From positions 70,990,001-71,054,000 of the forward strand of contig OX638150.1 in the NCBI GenBank assembly GCA_951804945.1: a DNA stretch of 64,000 nt. The letters run 5' to 3'. A program made the translations under genes and the position numbers. This document shows positions 23,954-37,319 of the stretch, piece after piece; the stretch's first letter is position 1, and every line of letters starts with the position of its first letter. The stretch comes from Podarcis cretensis. Its lineage: Eukaryota. The notes beneath the pieces were generated by a model, which saw only the letters and a list, made by a program, of their open reading frames with translations, did no database searches and was not told the origin of the DNA.

Positions 23954-26723
23954 TAGCTACAGGAACTTTGCTAGCTCTTATTAATAAGTCCTCCTCATCA
24001 GAGTCTTAAAGCAGGGCCATTTGTTTCCTCACTTCCCTTAGACACAGGGAATAAGGTAAAACTTTTCACAATGGAACTATAACCCAGCAGCAGATACTAC
24101 TGACATCACTAGGACTGCAGCAGTGGAAAAAGAAATCTGAGATACACTGATGGCACCCCACCCCAGGAGCACACCTTACATCACTTTTCCCTCCTTTGGA
24201 ACATGCTAGAGATCAGATGTAAACCAGGAGGAAGTTGTCAGGCAGAGCCGGATTATCGAAGCTTCAGTTTTGCACTGAAATGAAATCCCTGCCAAATGAG
24301 AGTCCCAAAGTGACACACATGTGAGAGCACTGCTTGCTTTCAAGAGAATGCAGCTGAAAGGCTCACAACTGTGAGAATAAGCTTTAAGAGCTCTTCTAGC
24401 CAACCTCTTAACAGCAGGACCTATAACTCAAGGCTCGAAAAACTAGCCAATAAAGGACTAAGCTAGAAGGATGTATGTGCATGTTCTCCTCTCTTAGTAG
24501 CCAGCCAGTCCCATCATCGCTTTAGTTACTAAAGGGGGCCCTAGACAGGAAATGAGCATGAGTTGTCCCCTAATAAACTGAGGCTGCAGAGCAGATGACT
24601 AATCATTGGTGTGCCCCTAAATTGCCCATCAACATTAGGCAAGCATAGCAGTAACTCAGGCACAAAAGGCGAGGGATTGTAACAGGACAGGCAGAGAGGT
24701 GAGCTGACTTTCACATTCAGATATTCCATCCCAAGGATGGCCAGAGCACACCTGATATGTCTTCCATTGTCTGTGCTCCAATCTCTCCCTGCAGCATCAC
24801 AAAGACCTGCGAGAGGGGGGTGGACTCAGCCCCTCTAGGGCAGTGTCCCAAGGACAGCTGGTAAATAGGCTCCTTTCAATTAACTTGGTATTAATTATTC
24901 ATTCAAGTACACCTCAAAATAGCAGAAAGCAGGATCACTAGCCAAAGGATCCTGTGCCCTGTCTTAGACCTTTCGGAGCCACATGGAGGAAATCACTGGC
25001 AGACAGTGATGACCTTGCCGACACCTAGAAAAGTGAACCCAATTGCACAGGTGTCCCAAGGTCATTCAATGACCGCACCCCCAGGGATGGAGTTTCATGA
25101 CAGCCTCAGCAAAAACAGCCAGCTTATTAGCCTGCAGAACTGGGCCAGAACTGGAGCTAGCAGTTTCAGGGAAGCTGTATCTGCTCAACCTTTCTGTTCC
25201 CTGTTGTGTCCATCTTTTCAGAAGGAGAGGTGTAAAAAAAAAAAAAAAAAAAAAGGTGGAATGGAGAAGAATAAAGAGGAAAAGGACAGTTGACACCACA
25301 GCCACAAGGGGAAACTGCTATGGAGAGCACATTAACAGCACCTACACATATTTGCTGCGGACTCGTAATATTCCCTCCACACTAAAGGGAGAGGCATACT
25401 TAACCACCCACCCTGAGGCACATTTGACAGGTCACCATGACAAACATTTGGATGGCTCTTAGGACCATCACTTGGTGCAGCCAGACTCATCCCACTTTAT
25501 CTTTCTACCCCATCGCTTCCAAAGGACCGGCTTGTGCACCAAGGGTGGGAGGGGAAAAGGCTCTACTAGAGGGCTATAAAACTATGTCACCACCATACAA
25601 AGGGAAGACAACAGGAAACTTACTCTGGAAACTAGCAACAGAGAGATCTCCTGGGCCCCCAAAAAAGCAGAAAAGAAAAAAGCAAAACAAAACAAAGAGA
25701 GAAACATTATAGATGCAAGTTTTCTTAGAAGGGTCAAGCAGGTGTTACTACTGCCACCTTCTGCTGGGCTGTGAGGTTAGTCATTCTGTCCCGGCATTAT
25801 ATGCTCTCTCAGAGAAAGAGTGCAGGACCAACTCATAACTTGCCATCCACTCAGCAACACAGATGCCATCATTCTCTTCACTAGATCAATAACTACAGAG
25901 GAGAAGCCAAAGCTCCCCCTACAGCTTGTAACTGGAGTCTCTCAGAGATCCTTGCCATGCTGGATACAAAGCCATTCTGAGTACTGTGGTAACACTGGAA
26001 GACCAGCCTGATTACTAAGCCATGGCTGCCATAAGTGAGTGGCAAATGCCTCAGAACAAAGTAGGACTAACATTCACAGAAGAGGGCCAGCCCAGAGCTG
26101 CAAGAGAAGCAGTGCCTGCTGGATCCAATGTACCACCAATGTACAATCAACTTGAAAAATCAATTTTACTCCTTAAAACTATAACCTGGTGTCCCTTTGG
26201 GGATGCTTTCACACTTTGTCAACTCATGTCTGCTCTGGCCATATGCTGCTAAAATGTTTTGTCTCCTATAAATATACACCAGAGCTTTTTTGGTCATCAC
26301 CTAGTGAACCAGTGAAAACAACCAGGGTGATCACAATTATATGGAGGTGGTTTTTTTTTTAAGGTTTTGCACTCAAAAATAAAAGAGCGCTGGGTCAGGA
26401 AGTTAATAAGAAACTTTTCACCCTGAGTTTGCCACACACATTTAAGTTAGGGACAGAGACAACTTATTTATATTACATGGCATCAGAGGCCCTCTAGCTC
26501 CCAGACATGCTGGGTCCCAGCAGTTACACAGACAGGATCCACTGGTGCCGATTATTGTGCCAACAGACAGCAGCAGTGTGGGGGCACCACACAACAGGAT
26601 CCTGCCCTTCTGGTGCCAAAGTCAACAGCTAACCAGATTAGGATAATCTCAGTTACAGGACTGCATTTACCCACAAGCTGTAATGGCAAAGCAACACATC
26701 TCCACTCCCTATCCCCCACTCAC

Positions 26724-26808
26724 TCTGCAAGCTGGGGAGATTGGCATCTTCTGGCTTGGTTTTCAGGAGATGAGGAAGCCGTGTGTACCTGTATCCAAAT
26801 CCACAGCC
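26724..26808 (-). CDS. RNF123: RNF123 exon 31
   Basis: [28 protein letters not shown]; 85 nt. Confidence 0.95.
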
Positions 26809-27019
26809 CTACAGGAGAGGGGGGGAAGGGAGAAATGTCTGCTTAGAAGACCTCGCATTATCTCCCAACAAGGAACATGGAGACCCTCTCGCCAGAAGCA
26901 GGTAACAAAGTTCAAACAAGAAGTTAAGGGAAAGTTCAAACAGAGGGGAAACCACTGGTTTTAAAACTACAAGCTGGAAATTCTGAACAAATGTGGAAGC
27001 AGAGGGTATCTGTTCTTAC

Positions 27020-27107
27020 TCGCCACAGTCGTACAAGGATCCAGTTGGTCTGGGCCCAGGGTCTTTGCTCGTAGGGGGCCAGCAGGTTCTTCATCATGGA
27101 TATTCGC
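27020..27107 (-). CDS. RNF123: RNF123 exon 30 (contains WILVRLW, the segment reported to bind NF-kB p105 in human KPC1)
   Basis: [29 protein letters not shown]; 88 nt. Confidence 0.95.
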
Positions 27108-27377
27108 CTGCCAGAGTAAAACAAACAAGTCAGCCAACCACCATGAAAACAGCACCAAGGTTAAAAAGTGGGGGTTTGGAAGGATTCAAGGCAAGATGTT
27201 TAGTTTACTTGAGAGGGAAGAATCAGAAGTGCAATGTGAGGAAACAAAGGGAGCAGCAGCTTCCACACAAAAGGGATTATAAGTATAGGAATCATGCCTG
27301 GTTCAGAGAAGAAGAGAGAAATAATCCTCTTCCAGGACATATAATATTTTTCAGGAATGGTGAAACCAAGAACTTAC

Positions 27378-27465
27378 TGTAGTTCTGGAATCCTCTCTAC
27401 AGCACGGAGTGAGTGTGGGTAGCAAACATAGCTGGCCAATGCCTGCATTAGGGAGTCTCTGATGT
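27378..27465 (-). CDS. RNF123: RNF123 exon 29
   Basis: [29 protein letters not shown](Q); 88 nt. Confidence 0.95.
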
Positions 27466-27563
27466 CTGAATGTGGAAACAAGACAGAATGTAAGTGAAGT
27501 AGGGATAATAGGGACAGAGATTGCCAGAAAAATACTTCAGATATTGTGGTGCAATTGCATACT

Positions 27564-27678
27564 TAGGGTTGCCATACGTCTGGGATTTCCTGGACATATT
27601 CAAAATACTGCAGTGGGCAGTAGTGTCTGGGCAGAAATCGGAAAAATGTGCAATAAAATTTGGAGGTATGGCAACCCA
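27564..27678. mobile_element. Short hAT-type MITE
   Basis: Termini TAGGGTTGCCATAC / GTATGGCAACCCA. Confidence 0.55.
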
Positions 27679-28051
27679 TGTCAGTAGTGCCATTGTTGCT
27701 GATTTTTCATAAATATAGCTCAAAAACAGAAACTTTTCTGTCCAGATTTTCACTGAGTGAAATATTGCAAGCATAGTTTACTACAGTTACAGGACTAGTA
27801 AGCAGGACAGGATATAAAGACAAATGTCAAACCCAAAAATAATAATTGAATTCTGCAATGATCTGAGGTGTTAAAAACATTAGAAACAGACATCCTTACT
27901 ATTCAAGAAGTATCAAGTAGAAATAAAATTAAAAAAACAGCAAGTATGAGCTTAATTTTCTTTCCCCCAATCACATATGCATGTGCGCACACATGCACAC
28001 ACATGACACCTACAGTCCAGCATGACCTTTGGAAAACAGGAGCTGCCTTAC

Positions 28052-28126
28052 CAGTTCCCACAATCCTTGAGTCAGCAAAGTGCTTGGCTAAAATGGCAGC
28101 GAGGTGAGTCAAAGTCTCTTCGTAGC
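28052..28126 (-). CDS. RNF123: RNF123 exon 28
   Basis: [25 protein letters not shown]; 75 nt. Confidence 0.95.
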
Positions 28127-29737
28127 CTGAAAAGAAAAAGTTCAGAATATCAGGATGCAGGGAAAAAACCCCACAGCTATAGGATATAGCAGCTGCAGAA
28201 GAATGAATTTCTAGAATGAGCTTTCAGATTTACAGAGAGAATGGGCTACCACTTGTCTGAGTCTCTAGCAGGCAAGTCAGGAATCAAGCTTAAAGTTTAA
28301 GAGAATGATGGCAGGAAGTCTGCACAGCAGCATTTGGTGTTGCCAACTTTACCTTACCACTTAACCAGAAGCATCGGAAGTAAGCGGGAATGTCCATAGA
28401 AGTTCTTTTACACACCTGGTTAGAAAGCAGCCATGCAGGCTGTGGACTGGGTTCATCTCTTTGACTAGTATAGGCTTTCTGAGACATGCATATAATCAAT
28501 ACAGGAATAGCAGTTGTTGAATTTGATAAAATTAGCCTGGAGACTTCCCTACAGTTAAGCAAATTCTTAGCAATAATATACAGTAGTCCCTTTGTATAGG
28601 ACTAATACCTGCATAACACAGCTAAAATAGGAATACTGAACTGTGTTATGGAGCAGCTTTGGGGTAGACAGAAGAATAAAGACTGGGGAAATTGTAGATG
28701 GGATGGGGGTTAAAAACCTATCCCCCAGTGCTGTAGCTCTGATCTAAAATCCACCACGAGCTTTTGACATTTGGGGGGGGGGGAGAGTGGACAATCCAAT
28801 CATAGATCTCCTGGTGTCATATCTGGTTTCATCCCCAAAATGAAAGAGATTGTGGCTCTCATAGAGTACCACCTACAGAGAAAAACAATATGCTGAAATA
28901 CAGTGCCTCACTTCCAAAAAGCTTGCAGCCAAAAAGAAGAGCTCTTGGCAGAGGAATTTCAGATGGAGGAGTTTGGAATAACTATGAAATAAGAAAATAG
29001 ATCTTCCAAACCAGTTTTCATAATTACATCTCCAGGGCCAGACTGCACAACATCTGCTCTGACACAATGACAGTATTTTCTCACCCTTCACAGTACTTCA
29101 AAAAGGAGGAAATGTATTTTGCATATATTTCCAAAACAACGTAACTGCAGGCTGAGGGAAGAAAACACAACACAATCCAAAACCAGGGACAGCAAACAAG
29201 CATAACCACTGGAATTTGAGGAGGCAAAAAAAATGATGTAAGCAGGAAGGCTTGATTTGTATGCTTTGCTTGAACAGTCCTTAATAGTCAATATGATGCA
29301 GCTAACATAATTATGCCATGCAGTTGCATAGTAAGAATGGTGATTTTCTACATGTTTTGCTACTCTTGCCTTGCAAAACTGCTAAATGACTTTTAATGAA
29401 ATTCTAAAAACTGTACACAAAGATCCTTTATGACCGCAACTCTTCAAAAAGGGGATCAGTATAATTACCAGGAGCTGCAGTGTTTCAGGGTAACATCACT
29501 CAGATAATGTATAAATACTAAAAAGTTATTAGGCATAAGGGTAGGCAGTCAGGCTTAATAGCATTTAATCAACTTCAGGATGCAGGGGCAAACAATGCTT
29601 GTTATAGCTTGCACTAGGCATTATCAAGATGAGAAACCCGGGGACCCAGACTGAAGTTTTGTGTGTGTGGAGGGCAGGACAATTGTGTGAACAAGTTAAA
29701 CAGCACCTAATGTGATTAGAAAGTTGAGTACCACTTA

Positions 29738-29851
29738 AGAGTATCACCAACTTTTACTCAACAGTAGACCTACTGAATTAATGAACATGACTAAGTTAGG
29801 TCTATAATTTCAATAAGTCTACTCTGAGTAAAGCTTGGTTGAATACTACCC
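29738..29851. repeat. Degenerate palindromic interspersed repeat (MITE-like)
   Basis: TTTACTCAACAGTAGAC..TGAATT vs AATTTCAATAAGTCTACTCTGAGTAAA arms. Similar short hairpin repeats occur at about 36600-36678, 58555-58640 and 59405-59480. Confidence 0.55.
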
Positions 29852-30059
29852 CACAACACAGCCAACATATTTTCAAAACACATCTTTACAACCACTAGGG
29901 CATGTTAAGCTAAGGTTCTTTGCAACCCAAATTCTGTGCAGCATGCAATATTCTGTGTGAAGTTCTTATCCCTTTTCTCTTGCGCACTGAATTCTATACA
30001 CAAAATTACAAATGGTCTTGCTCAGAGGCCCTCTCCGGTTCCCTCCTTCTCCTCCTCAC

Positions 30060-30237
30060 CTGGAAGCTCTTCCATGCTGTTGACAGGACTGAAGTAGTTC
30101 TTGAGAGCACTGTAGCTATTCATAGCCACACTCAGATAAAATTCTGGCATAAAAGCAAAGAGCGAACCAATCCTGTCTCCATGCTCAATAGTGCGGATGC
30201 ATACCCGTAGCAGCCAGTATATATCTTGCATCTTCTC
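30060..30237 (-). CDS. RNF123: RNF123 exon 27
   Basis: [59 protein letters not shown]; 178 nt. Confidence 0.95.
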
Positions 30238-30713
30238 CTGAAAAGGAGCAATTCCTAGTCAGTTTGTATCTCAACTGGCATGAAATAATATACCTAAGTG
30301 CAGGGGCAGGGAACCTGTGGTCCAGCAGATGTTGTTGGATTCCAGTGCCCATCAGCCTCAGGCAGCATGGCTAACCATCAGGGATGAGGCAAGTTGTAGT
30401 TCAGCAACATTTGGGGGGCCACAGGTTCCCCGCACCCAGATCAGAGGAAATACTACTGAGGAAATGAAAGAAAAGGAGGTCAACAATTTTGTGCAAAAGC
30501 AGGAAAAATGCAGATGAATTTACTGCTAAAACGCAAGATTTTTCTGTAATAAAAATGAACTTTACCAGGATATATTAACAGAAGCACAACATATAAGACT
30601 TGGGGAGAAATGGTGCAGTTCCATTCAGCATTGGCCAGGCCAGAACTGGAATTTATGGCCCAAGCTTAAGTGAGGCACCTCACTGATATTATGTGTACTA
30701 CTTTCCTTCTCAC

Positions 30714-30821
30714 CTTTGAATAAATGGTAACGTTGATCCAAGCAAGTCGGCGACTCAGGTGATTAAGTTTCTCTGAGAAAACCTTCTGACTTTTCACCAG
30801 TTCATCGTAGATGTCTCTTCT
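30714..30821 (-). CDS. RNF123: RNF123 exon 26
   Basis: [36 protein letters not shown]; 108 nt. Confidence 0.94.
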
Positions 30822-31571
30822 CTGAATTGGACACGGGGGGGGGGGGGAATGAAGAGCAATGGTGCTTATGTTTTCCTGCTTTCAGAAGCATGTACACAGC
30901 AAGTCCAGTACTTCACAAAGCCTTACCACAGTCACAGGATGTTCTTTTAATGTTGAGGAAAAGCATGAGCTGCCATGGTCTGCTTCCCAAGGGGGTCATC
31001 CTTACACAGAGATTGGGTATACCATGGAGCCCCAGGCACACTTTGGCTAGCTACAGTACACACATTACACCTAACAATATCCAAGGAATCTTAACAGGAG
31101 GCAGTCTTGACAACAGTTCCACATTAGACACACCACCACAGAAGTTGAGAATCTATTCCAGTGGTACCGTGGAAAGCAACTTCATTTAACAACTGCTCAC
31201 ACATGAACAGTGTAACACAGGAGACAAGAACTGATGCAAATTCATGACTCCCCTTCCACAAAGATAAAAACCATGTTTTGATGGAAAGGGAGCCATGATC
31301 TTGCAGAAGTGTGTGGCTCCGAAGTTTACTTTAACACTCAAGGCGTTGTTGTTGTTTTAATCGTTAATCATTAACCACACAAAACAACCATCCTATTTTT
31401 GCTAAATGGAGAATTAGCCACCATTACTTCTCAGTCTGCCTTCAGAAAATCAGTGAGAGCAATAGAGTGCTGCTCAGCACCTGAATGATTCTCAAGAAAG
31501 AGAACAGCTTGCAGGCAATATAGGCCTATTTTAAGGGAGAGTGAATATAACTATTCCCATGTTATTCTTAC

Positions 31572-31655
31572 CCTCTTTGGGCATCGGCTAATCTTTTCTT
31601 CAGTGTCTTTCAGTGCCATAGCATACTCATTCACATCATCGGAAACACCTACCAT
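31572..31655 (-). CDS. RNF123: RNF123 exon 25
   Basis: [28 protein letters not shown]; 84 nt. Confidence 0.95.
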
Positions 31656-32389
31656 CTAAAACACAAATAAGGGTCAGTAGTACCAGCTAGAGCTTTTCTG
31701 TACAGGTTATAGCACATACTGGATTATTTTCCAAACACTTAACTTGTGGCAGCATCAATACATTGCAGGGCCCAACCCCACAATGAGCCCCTCCCACCAG
31801 TCACTTTCCTGGAGACAGATTTTCAGCTGACAGCCTATAGCAGAACTACGTAAGATGGCAGCAGACAGACCCACACCTCTGAAGGTGGGAGATTGCCAAA
31901 CGGCAATAAAGCAGCAGGAGGCAAGGCAATTTCCAACAGAAAATTGGCAACTCTTGTTCTGTCAGCCGCTATCCCTGCTGAATCTCTTCTCCCTCAAGCC
32001 TATTCCCTTGCAGCTAGCCTCACTGCCGATCACAGATCCCTGCTTTGGGACGGAGGAAAGAAGTGGCTGCAAGTGGGATACCAGTGCGGGGAATGGGGAT
32101 CAGCATCCCTTCTCGCACCTGCTACTTCTCAGAAGGAAATACATGCACATCTGTTTTGTTACTGCTGCGTGATGGTCAACCATGTTCAGAAAGTGCAGGT
32201 CTGTCACCAAAGGGTGTAGTTCCACCCAAAAGCAGAGTGCAAGCAAGCATTGTGAGTTGGTATGGTGGCTGCAATCAAAAGTGCCCCACCCTCTCCCAGT
32301 GGGCCATGGTGTCTTTGTTAGTGTGAGTTCCAATCCCAGTTGTGCGAATGGGACAGGACTGAAACTCCCCTGAAATGAATCCTGCTCAC

Positions 32390-32535
32390 CTTACCAAGCT
32401 GCTGGTGCACGCTGAGGTTGTACATCATGACTATTCCATCCAAGATTTCCAAAAGAGAATTCTCAGTGATTGGTTGTTCTGGCTCTTCGGCAGGTCTCCC
32501 CAATAAAAGGCCCTCATTTCCATGGCTGCCTTCAA
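32390..32535 (-). CDS. RNF123: RNF123 exon 24
   Basis: [49 protein letters not shown]; 146 nt. Confidence 0.95.
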
Positions 32536-32961
32536 CTGTCATAAAAACAATGAAACATCCATCATTGTGAAGAAAATGGAACTACGGCTGGTTTGGTATT
32601 CTCTCTCTTTAACCATAAAGTTTTGTTAACCTTTCTGTTCTGAAGGAAATCTTGAACAAACAGCTACCTCAAGTCACCAGACATCTTAGTTTAGCTGGTT
32701 CTGTTTCAAGTATATGGACTATGCCTTTAAACCTACATTTATCCATCTGAGCCTCATCATCCTGCAGTTTTGTTTATTAAAATAATTAAATATAACCTAT
32801 TTAACACTGTTTACTCCCAGATCATTTGCACTGGCTACACAGTTCTCAGTTGCTTAGTCAGAAAGTACATAGCCTGAATTACAATTGTAGTCCTTTACAA
32901 CAAATCCAGACATGGGCTAGCATGCAGGTAGAAATCCTTTCACTCAGTTAGAAGGTAGAAC

Positions 32962-33107
32962 NNNNNNNNNNNNNNNNNNNNNNNNNNNNNNNNNNNNNNN
33001 NNNNNNNNNNNNNNNNNNNNNNNNNNNNNNNNNNNNNNNNNNNNNNNNNNNNNNNNNNNNNNNNNNNNNNNNNNNNNNNNNNNNNNNNNNNNNNNNNNNN
33101 NNNNNNN
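32962..33107. other. Assembly gap (146 N) in RNF123 intron 23
   Basis: Run of N. Exons 23 and 24 join in frame, so no constitutive exon is hidden. Confidence 0.99.
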
Positions 33108-33725
33108 GGATCACAGAGCAATTTACAGCATAAAAACACAAAAAAATGCCTAATAACAACAAAAACAATAACCACTATGACCCTGCATTTGTTATCATTT
33201 TGTAAACACCTGATCATGTTGAGAAGTCCAGTTGCTGTAATGATCCAAGCGCTGTAAATGATTCAAGAGAGCACTTATCTATGGTACCAATTATGAATTT
33301 AGGATGGCTGACAACAATGGAAGTCAGCTACAAGAGACTTGCAAGAATATTGCTACCTTCAGATCTGGACCATTGTTTAAATAGAAAATGTTAACAAAAT
33401 TTACCTACACAACCTGAAAATGAAGGACAATTTAGGAAAGTGTTACATCTGTTTACTGAATACATTAAAATTAAGAAACATGATTGGCAGCCACTCTCTT
33501 CTCATGGATTTCTTTGGAAAAACATTATTGCATAATATGTTTATGAAGAGCAACTGTCTGGAACTATAATGCGATTTCTGGAATACTACTGCTCCCTCCT
33601 CTCACCTTGTATCCTTCTCCCCCCTCCCTTTCTTGCTTTGATCTCTTCTCTCTTTTGTTGTTGTTATTATTATTGCTTTTTGTGTATTAGAAAGGATTAT
33701 ATATATATATATACACACTACTCAC

Positions 33726-33918
33726 TGTCCTCCTCTGTCCGTTGTTCCATGTTCAACGTACGAACTTTAACTTTCTCCAAGGCACCTGGTGACCGCCTTG
33801 GAGTCATAAGGCTAACAGCTGCAGTGCTGAGAAAACGGTTAGCCCGCCCCAGGGTGGGTGAACTAAGCCAGCTTGGTCTGGCCAAGGCACCTCCGATTGC
33901 CAGTGCCGCAGCTGGACG
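33726..33918 (-). CDS. RNF123: RNF123 exon 23
   Basis: [64 protein letters not shown]; 193 nt. Confidence 0.94.
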
Positions 33919-36297
33919 CTGAGAAAAAGAGAGATTGATAGATATGAAGTAATATTTGTTCAGCTCTTTCTCTAACAGGAAGAATCAAGCTGGTTTGAAC
34001 CATGCACAAATCTCCTTTGTTCTAGTTAGGCTCATTTGTAGGACAAGTAGCCGAAATATTTCCTTCTCACTCATGGTAACCTAGAAGAAGAACCAGGATC
34101 TCATACAGGCAAGCATAGCACAGGCAGACATTCAGGACAGGAAAACTTTGACTAGAAAGCACAATTTGTATCCTTATCAGTTATTTCAATAGGGTGGTTT
34201 TGAACTGACACACAACCCAATTTACACAATCCACACTGCAAAATGCATCAGCTTGATTATACATCAGCTGATGACTGGAATCAATCTTTTAAGGGTCCAA
34301 ACAGCAACCGGAGTGAAAGAATCAGCACTGGGCCAGACGTAATGGCAATACTGGGCTATCCTGTGCTGTATAGTTCCAAATTCAAGGGGCACAATATTCT
34401 TTACAACATGGTCTTATCAGAGGGTGCAGTCACAGATGGCGAAATTGTGCTCACATTGACATCCCTGTGAACTAGCAGACAAGTATCAACTATTCAAATT
34501 TCCTGGGCCCAGCATGGGGTATCCTTCCATATTTTAAGGAGTGGGAAATCCTGACCACCTATAACCTTGCCCTTGAGAATCCCAAGGAGATAGAACTTAA
34601 GCCTGCAGTTTCTAAAGAGGAACAAAAGACAAGCTGCAAGGCAACGTTTGCCCACGACGTGAAGACAAAAAATGCAATTGAAGCCAAGCAAAACAAAAGA
34701 ACTTTTTTTTCTTTGCACAGAGTACTTTCTTTAACAAACTGAATCCTTGAATTCCTCATCTTATCAGGCCTTGCATCACATTGTGTCAACAGTTCTCAAA
34801 GTTCTCAGAGTAGTAGCTGGTCTTGAGTTTCCACTGAACTTTTCCTGGGGTATATATAGATGAGGCCTGAAGCCTTAAAAAGCACCCCCTGCCCGAGCTT
34901 TTCCCACATTTTAATGTGCTCTACAGATTTAGTCACCAAGTCACTATGGTGGCTGCCCCTGCCAACCTTTGGGAACCATCCTTCCCCCTAACATAAATAT
35001 CTGTTTTCCTGAGTTTTCTGCAAATTACAGATAATTTGGAAGGGGGAATCTTTTGCTTCGTAGCAGGCTTTTTCATTAAGCAGAAGATGGAAGTAGAGGC
35101 TGACACTGCTTCTCATGTGAAGTGAGATAAAACCCACCCTCTGCTAGCAACGGCAAGTGAAGTCTTGGGACAGGCCTTTTCTGTCATTTTACATCATGCT
35201 TTAGAAAAGGCAAGAAGTGATGGGATCCCCCTTCATTGCTTTCCCCTTCTATATGAGTTTGTGTTAAGTGATCCTCTCTTGTTCCACACCAGCCATTGGG
35301 GAAGGAGAAAGCAACAAGAGGGCCTCCACCCTGCTTCTTTCATTTCCAAAGTCTTACATGCTTCATGCAGGATTTTTGTAGAAGGCACTCACTACTTCTG
35401 CAAATCCTGCCATTTCCCCAAGTTCTCTGTGTATGCCAGGAGATTCAGGACAGGGGGCAGGGAAGAGGAGATTGGTGGAAACCATAAACAACAGGTGACA
35501 ACTGTGTCAAATCAACACATGGGGCCTTCTATATAAAATCATATTGCAGTTTCCCTTATATTTGTTTCTGATATTAGAACTTCCCGACTCAAACTGCAGA
35601 GTCATCACTACAATCTTTGGCAAGCCCAGATCCTGACTCAGATGTCTGTGTTAGGACCAACAGCAACTAGCGTTCAATCAGCATTCTTGGCATTCTCAGG
35701 TTAAGAGTGTAACGCTGCTGACTAATGAGAAATACAGTGCTGTTGGAGCTTTAAGTGACCATCAGATCTTGCTAAACAGAGAACTCTCCGTTAGCCTGCA
35801 AAATTCTGGGCCTGCAGTAGAACCAGCAGGGTTAAAATTAATATAAAAGACCTGAGAAAATAAAAAGGTCTTTGCTTGGCACTGAAGGACAACGAAGCAG
35901 GTGCCAGACCAACTGCTTTGAAGAGAGCATTCCATTACTGGGGTCCAAACACTGAGAAGTCCCTCTCCCTGCTAGCCTCCCACCTCAGGTAACTTTGTTT
36001 ACAGAACTGTCCCCTGACCTAAATATGTCTGATTATAGCCTCTGAGAGTCAGGATTTTGGGCTGGATTCCGATGTACACTTTGCTATGGCACCATCAGAG
36101 CAATACTTTCAACACAAAACTTAGAAAGGCGAATTTCTTGGGTACAACGCATGAAAGTCTCTCTTTACTTGCTTCTCCCATCCATCCAAAACAAATTTCT
36201 GCTTCCAGGAGGCTCAGTGCTCCTCCTTCCTTCCTTATAGACTTTATTGACAGCTGGCTAAGTTAAAACTCATTGCACATGGCATTGTTAGGCTCAC

Positions 36298-36404
36298 TTG
36301 TGCTGTTGACACTGCTGACTCTTCATCTTCATCGAGATCATCCATTGTCACTGCCTGAAGTTCTGCAGGGTCAATCAGAATATTTGCCTTTGAAGCAAGC
36401 TCAT
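36298..36404 (-). CDS. RNF123: RNF123 exon 22
   Basis: [36 protein letters not shown]; 107 nt. Confidence 0.93.
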
Positions 36405-36965
36405 CTGTATGAATAAAATACCAAATACATTCACTGCTAGGTATAATTACCTATGCACATTCCATTTACCACATGTCTTATTTGCAGTATTATTATTATA
36501 CCCCATTTTCCTGGTGGGACTCAAAGCAGCAGTACAGCTACCAGAAGCTCAAAGTGTAACACATCAGAAGTGTCAATATTGCTACTGTGTCTTCACTAAG
36601 GCTGCAATCCTATGCAGAGTGGGACTTGCTGAATTCAGTGGGATGTACCTCTGAGTATACATACATAGGACTGCACTGTAAATGATCAGATCTGGTGCCA
36701 AAGGCATAGAAGAGGATCAACGCTCTTCCCAGCCATTTGTCCACTCAAAAACTCCAAAGATAAAATATACTAGAACCTGTATGTTTTTTTATTTCTCAGG
36801 AAGAAAAGCACCTGGAGAGCCAAATTTGAGTAGAGAAATAGCAGGGAACAAAAATGCTAAAGCATCTGTTATGCACTTTTCAAAAAAGGTATTAAGTGGC
36901 GTGGGACGACCCATTGCCAGTAGTCATTCTATATAGACTTAGAACATGCTGTGAAAAATCAAATA

Positions 36966-37319
36966 CAGTGGTGCCCCGCAAGACGAACGCCTCGCAAGAC
37001 GGAAAACCCGCTAGACGAAAGGGTTTTCCGTTTTGGAGGCGCTTCGCAAAACGAATTTCCCTATGGGCTTGCTTCGCAAGACAAAATGTCTTGCGAGTTC
37101 CTGCGGGTTTTTTCCCTCCCCCCCCCTTTTCCTAAGCCGCTTAACCGCTTATCAGCTGATCCGCTGATAAGCTGCTTATCAGCTGATCCGCTAAAAGCCG
37201 CTAAACCGCTAATAGCGCTAATCCGCTAAGCTGTCAATGGGCTTGCTTCGCAAGACGAAAAAACCGCTATACGAAGAGCCTCACGGAACGGATTAATTTC
37301 GTCTTGCGAGGCACCACTG
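36966..37319. mobile_element. Young Tigger/pogo-like MITE
   Basis: TA|CAGTGGTGCCCCGCAAGACGAA .. TTCGTCTTGCGAGGCACCACTG|TA; CpG-rich. Confidence 0.85.

Noticed and set aside
24752-24806. Exon-like 55-nt segment (ctctcgcAG..CAG|GTGTGC) in intron 31
   Set aside because: Frame-shifting length, weak donor and no independent support.
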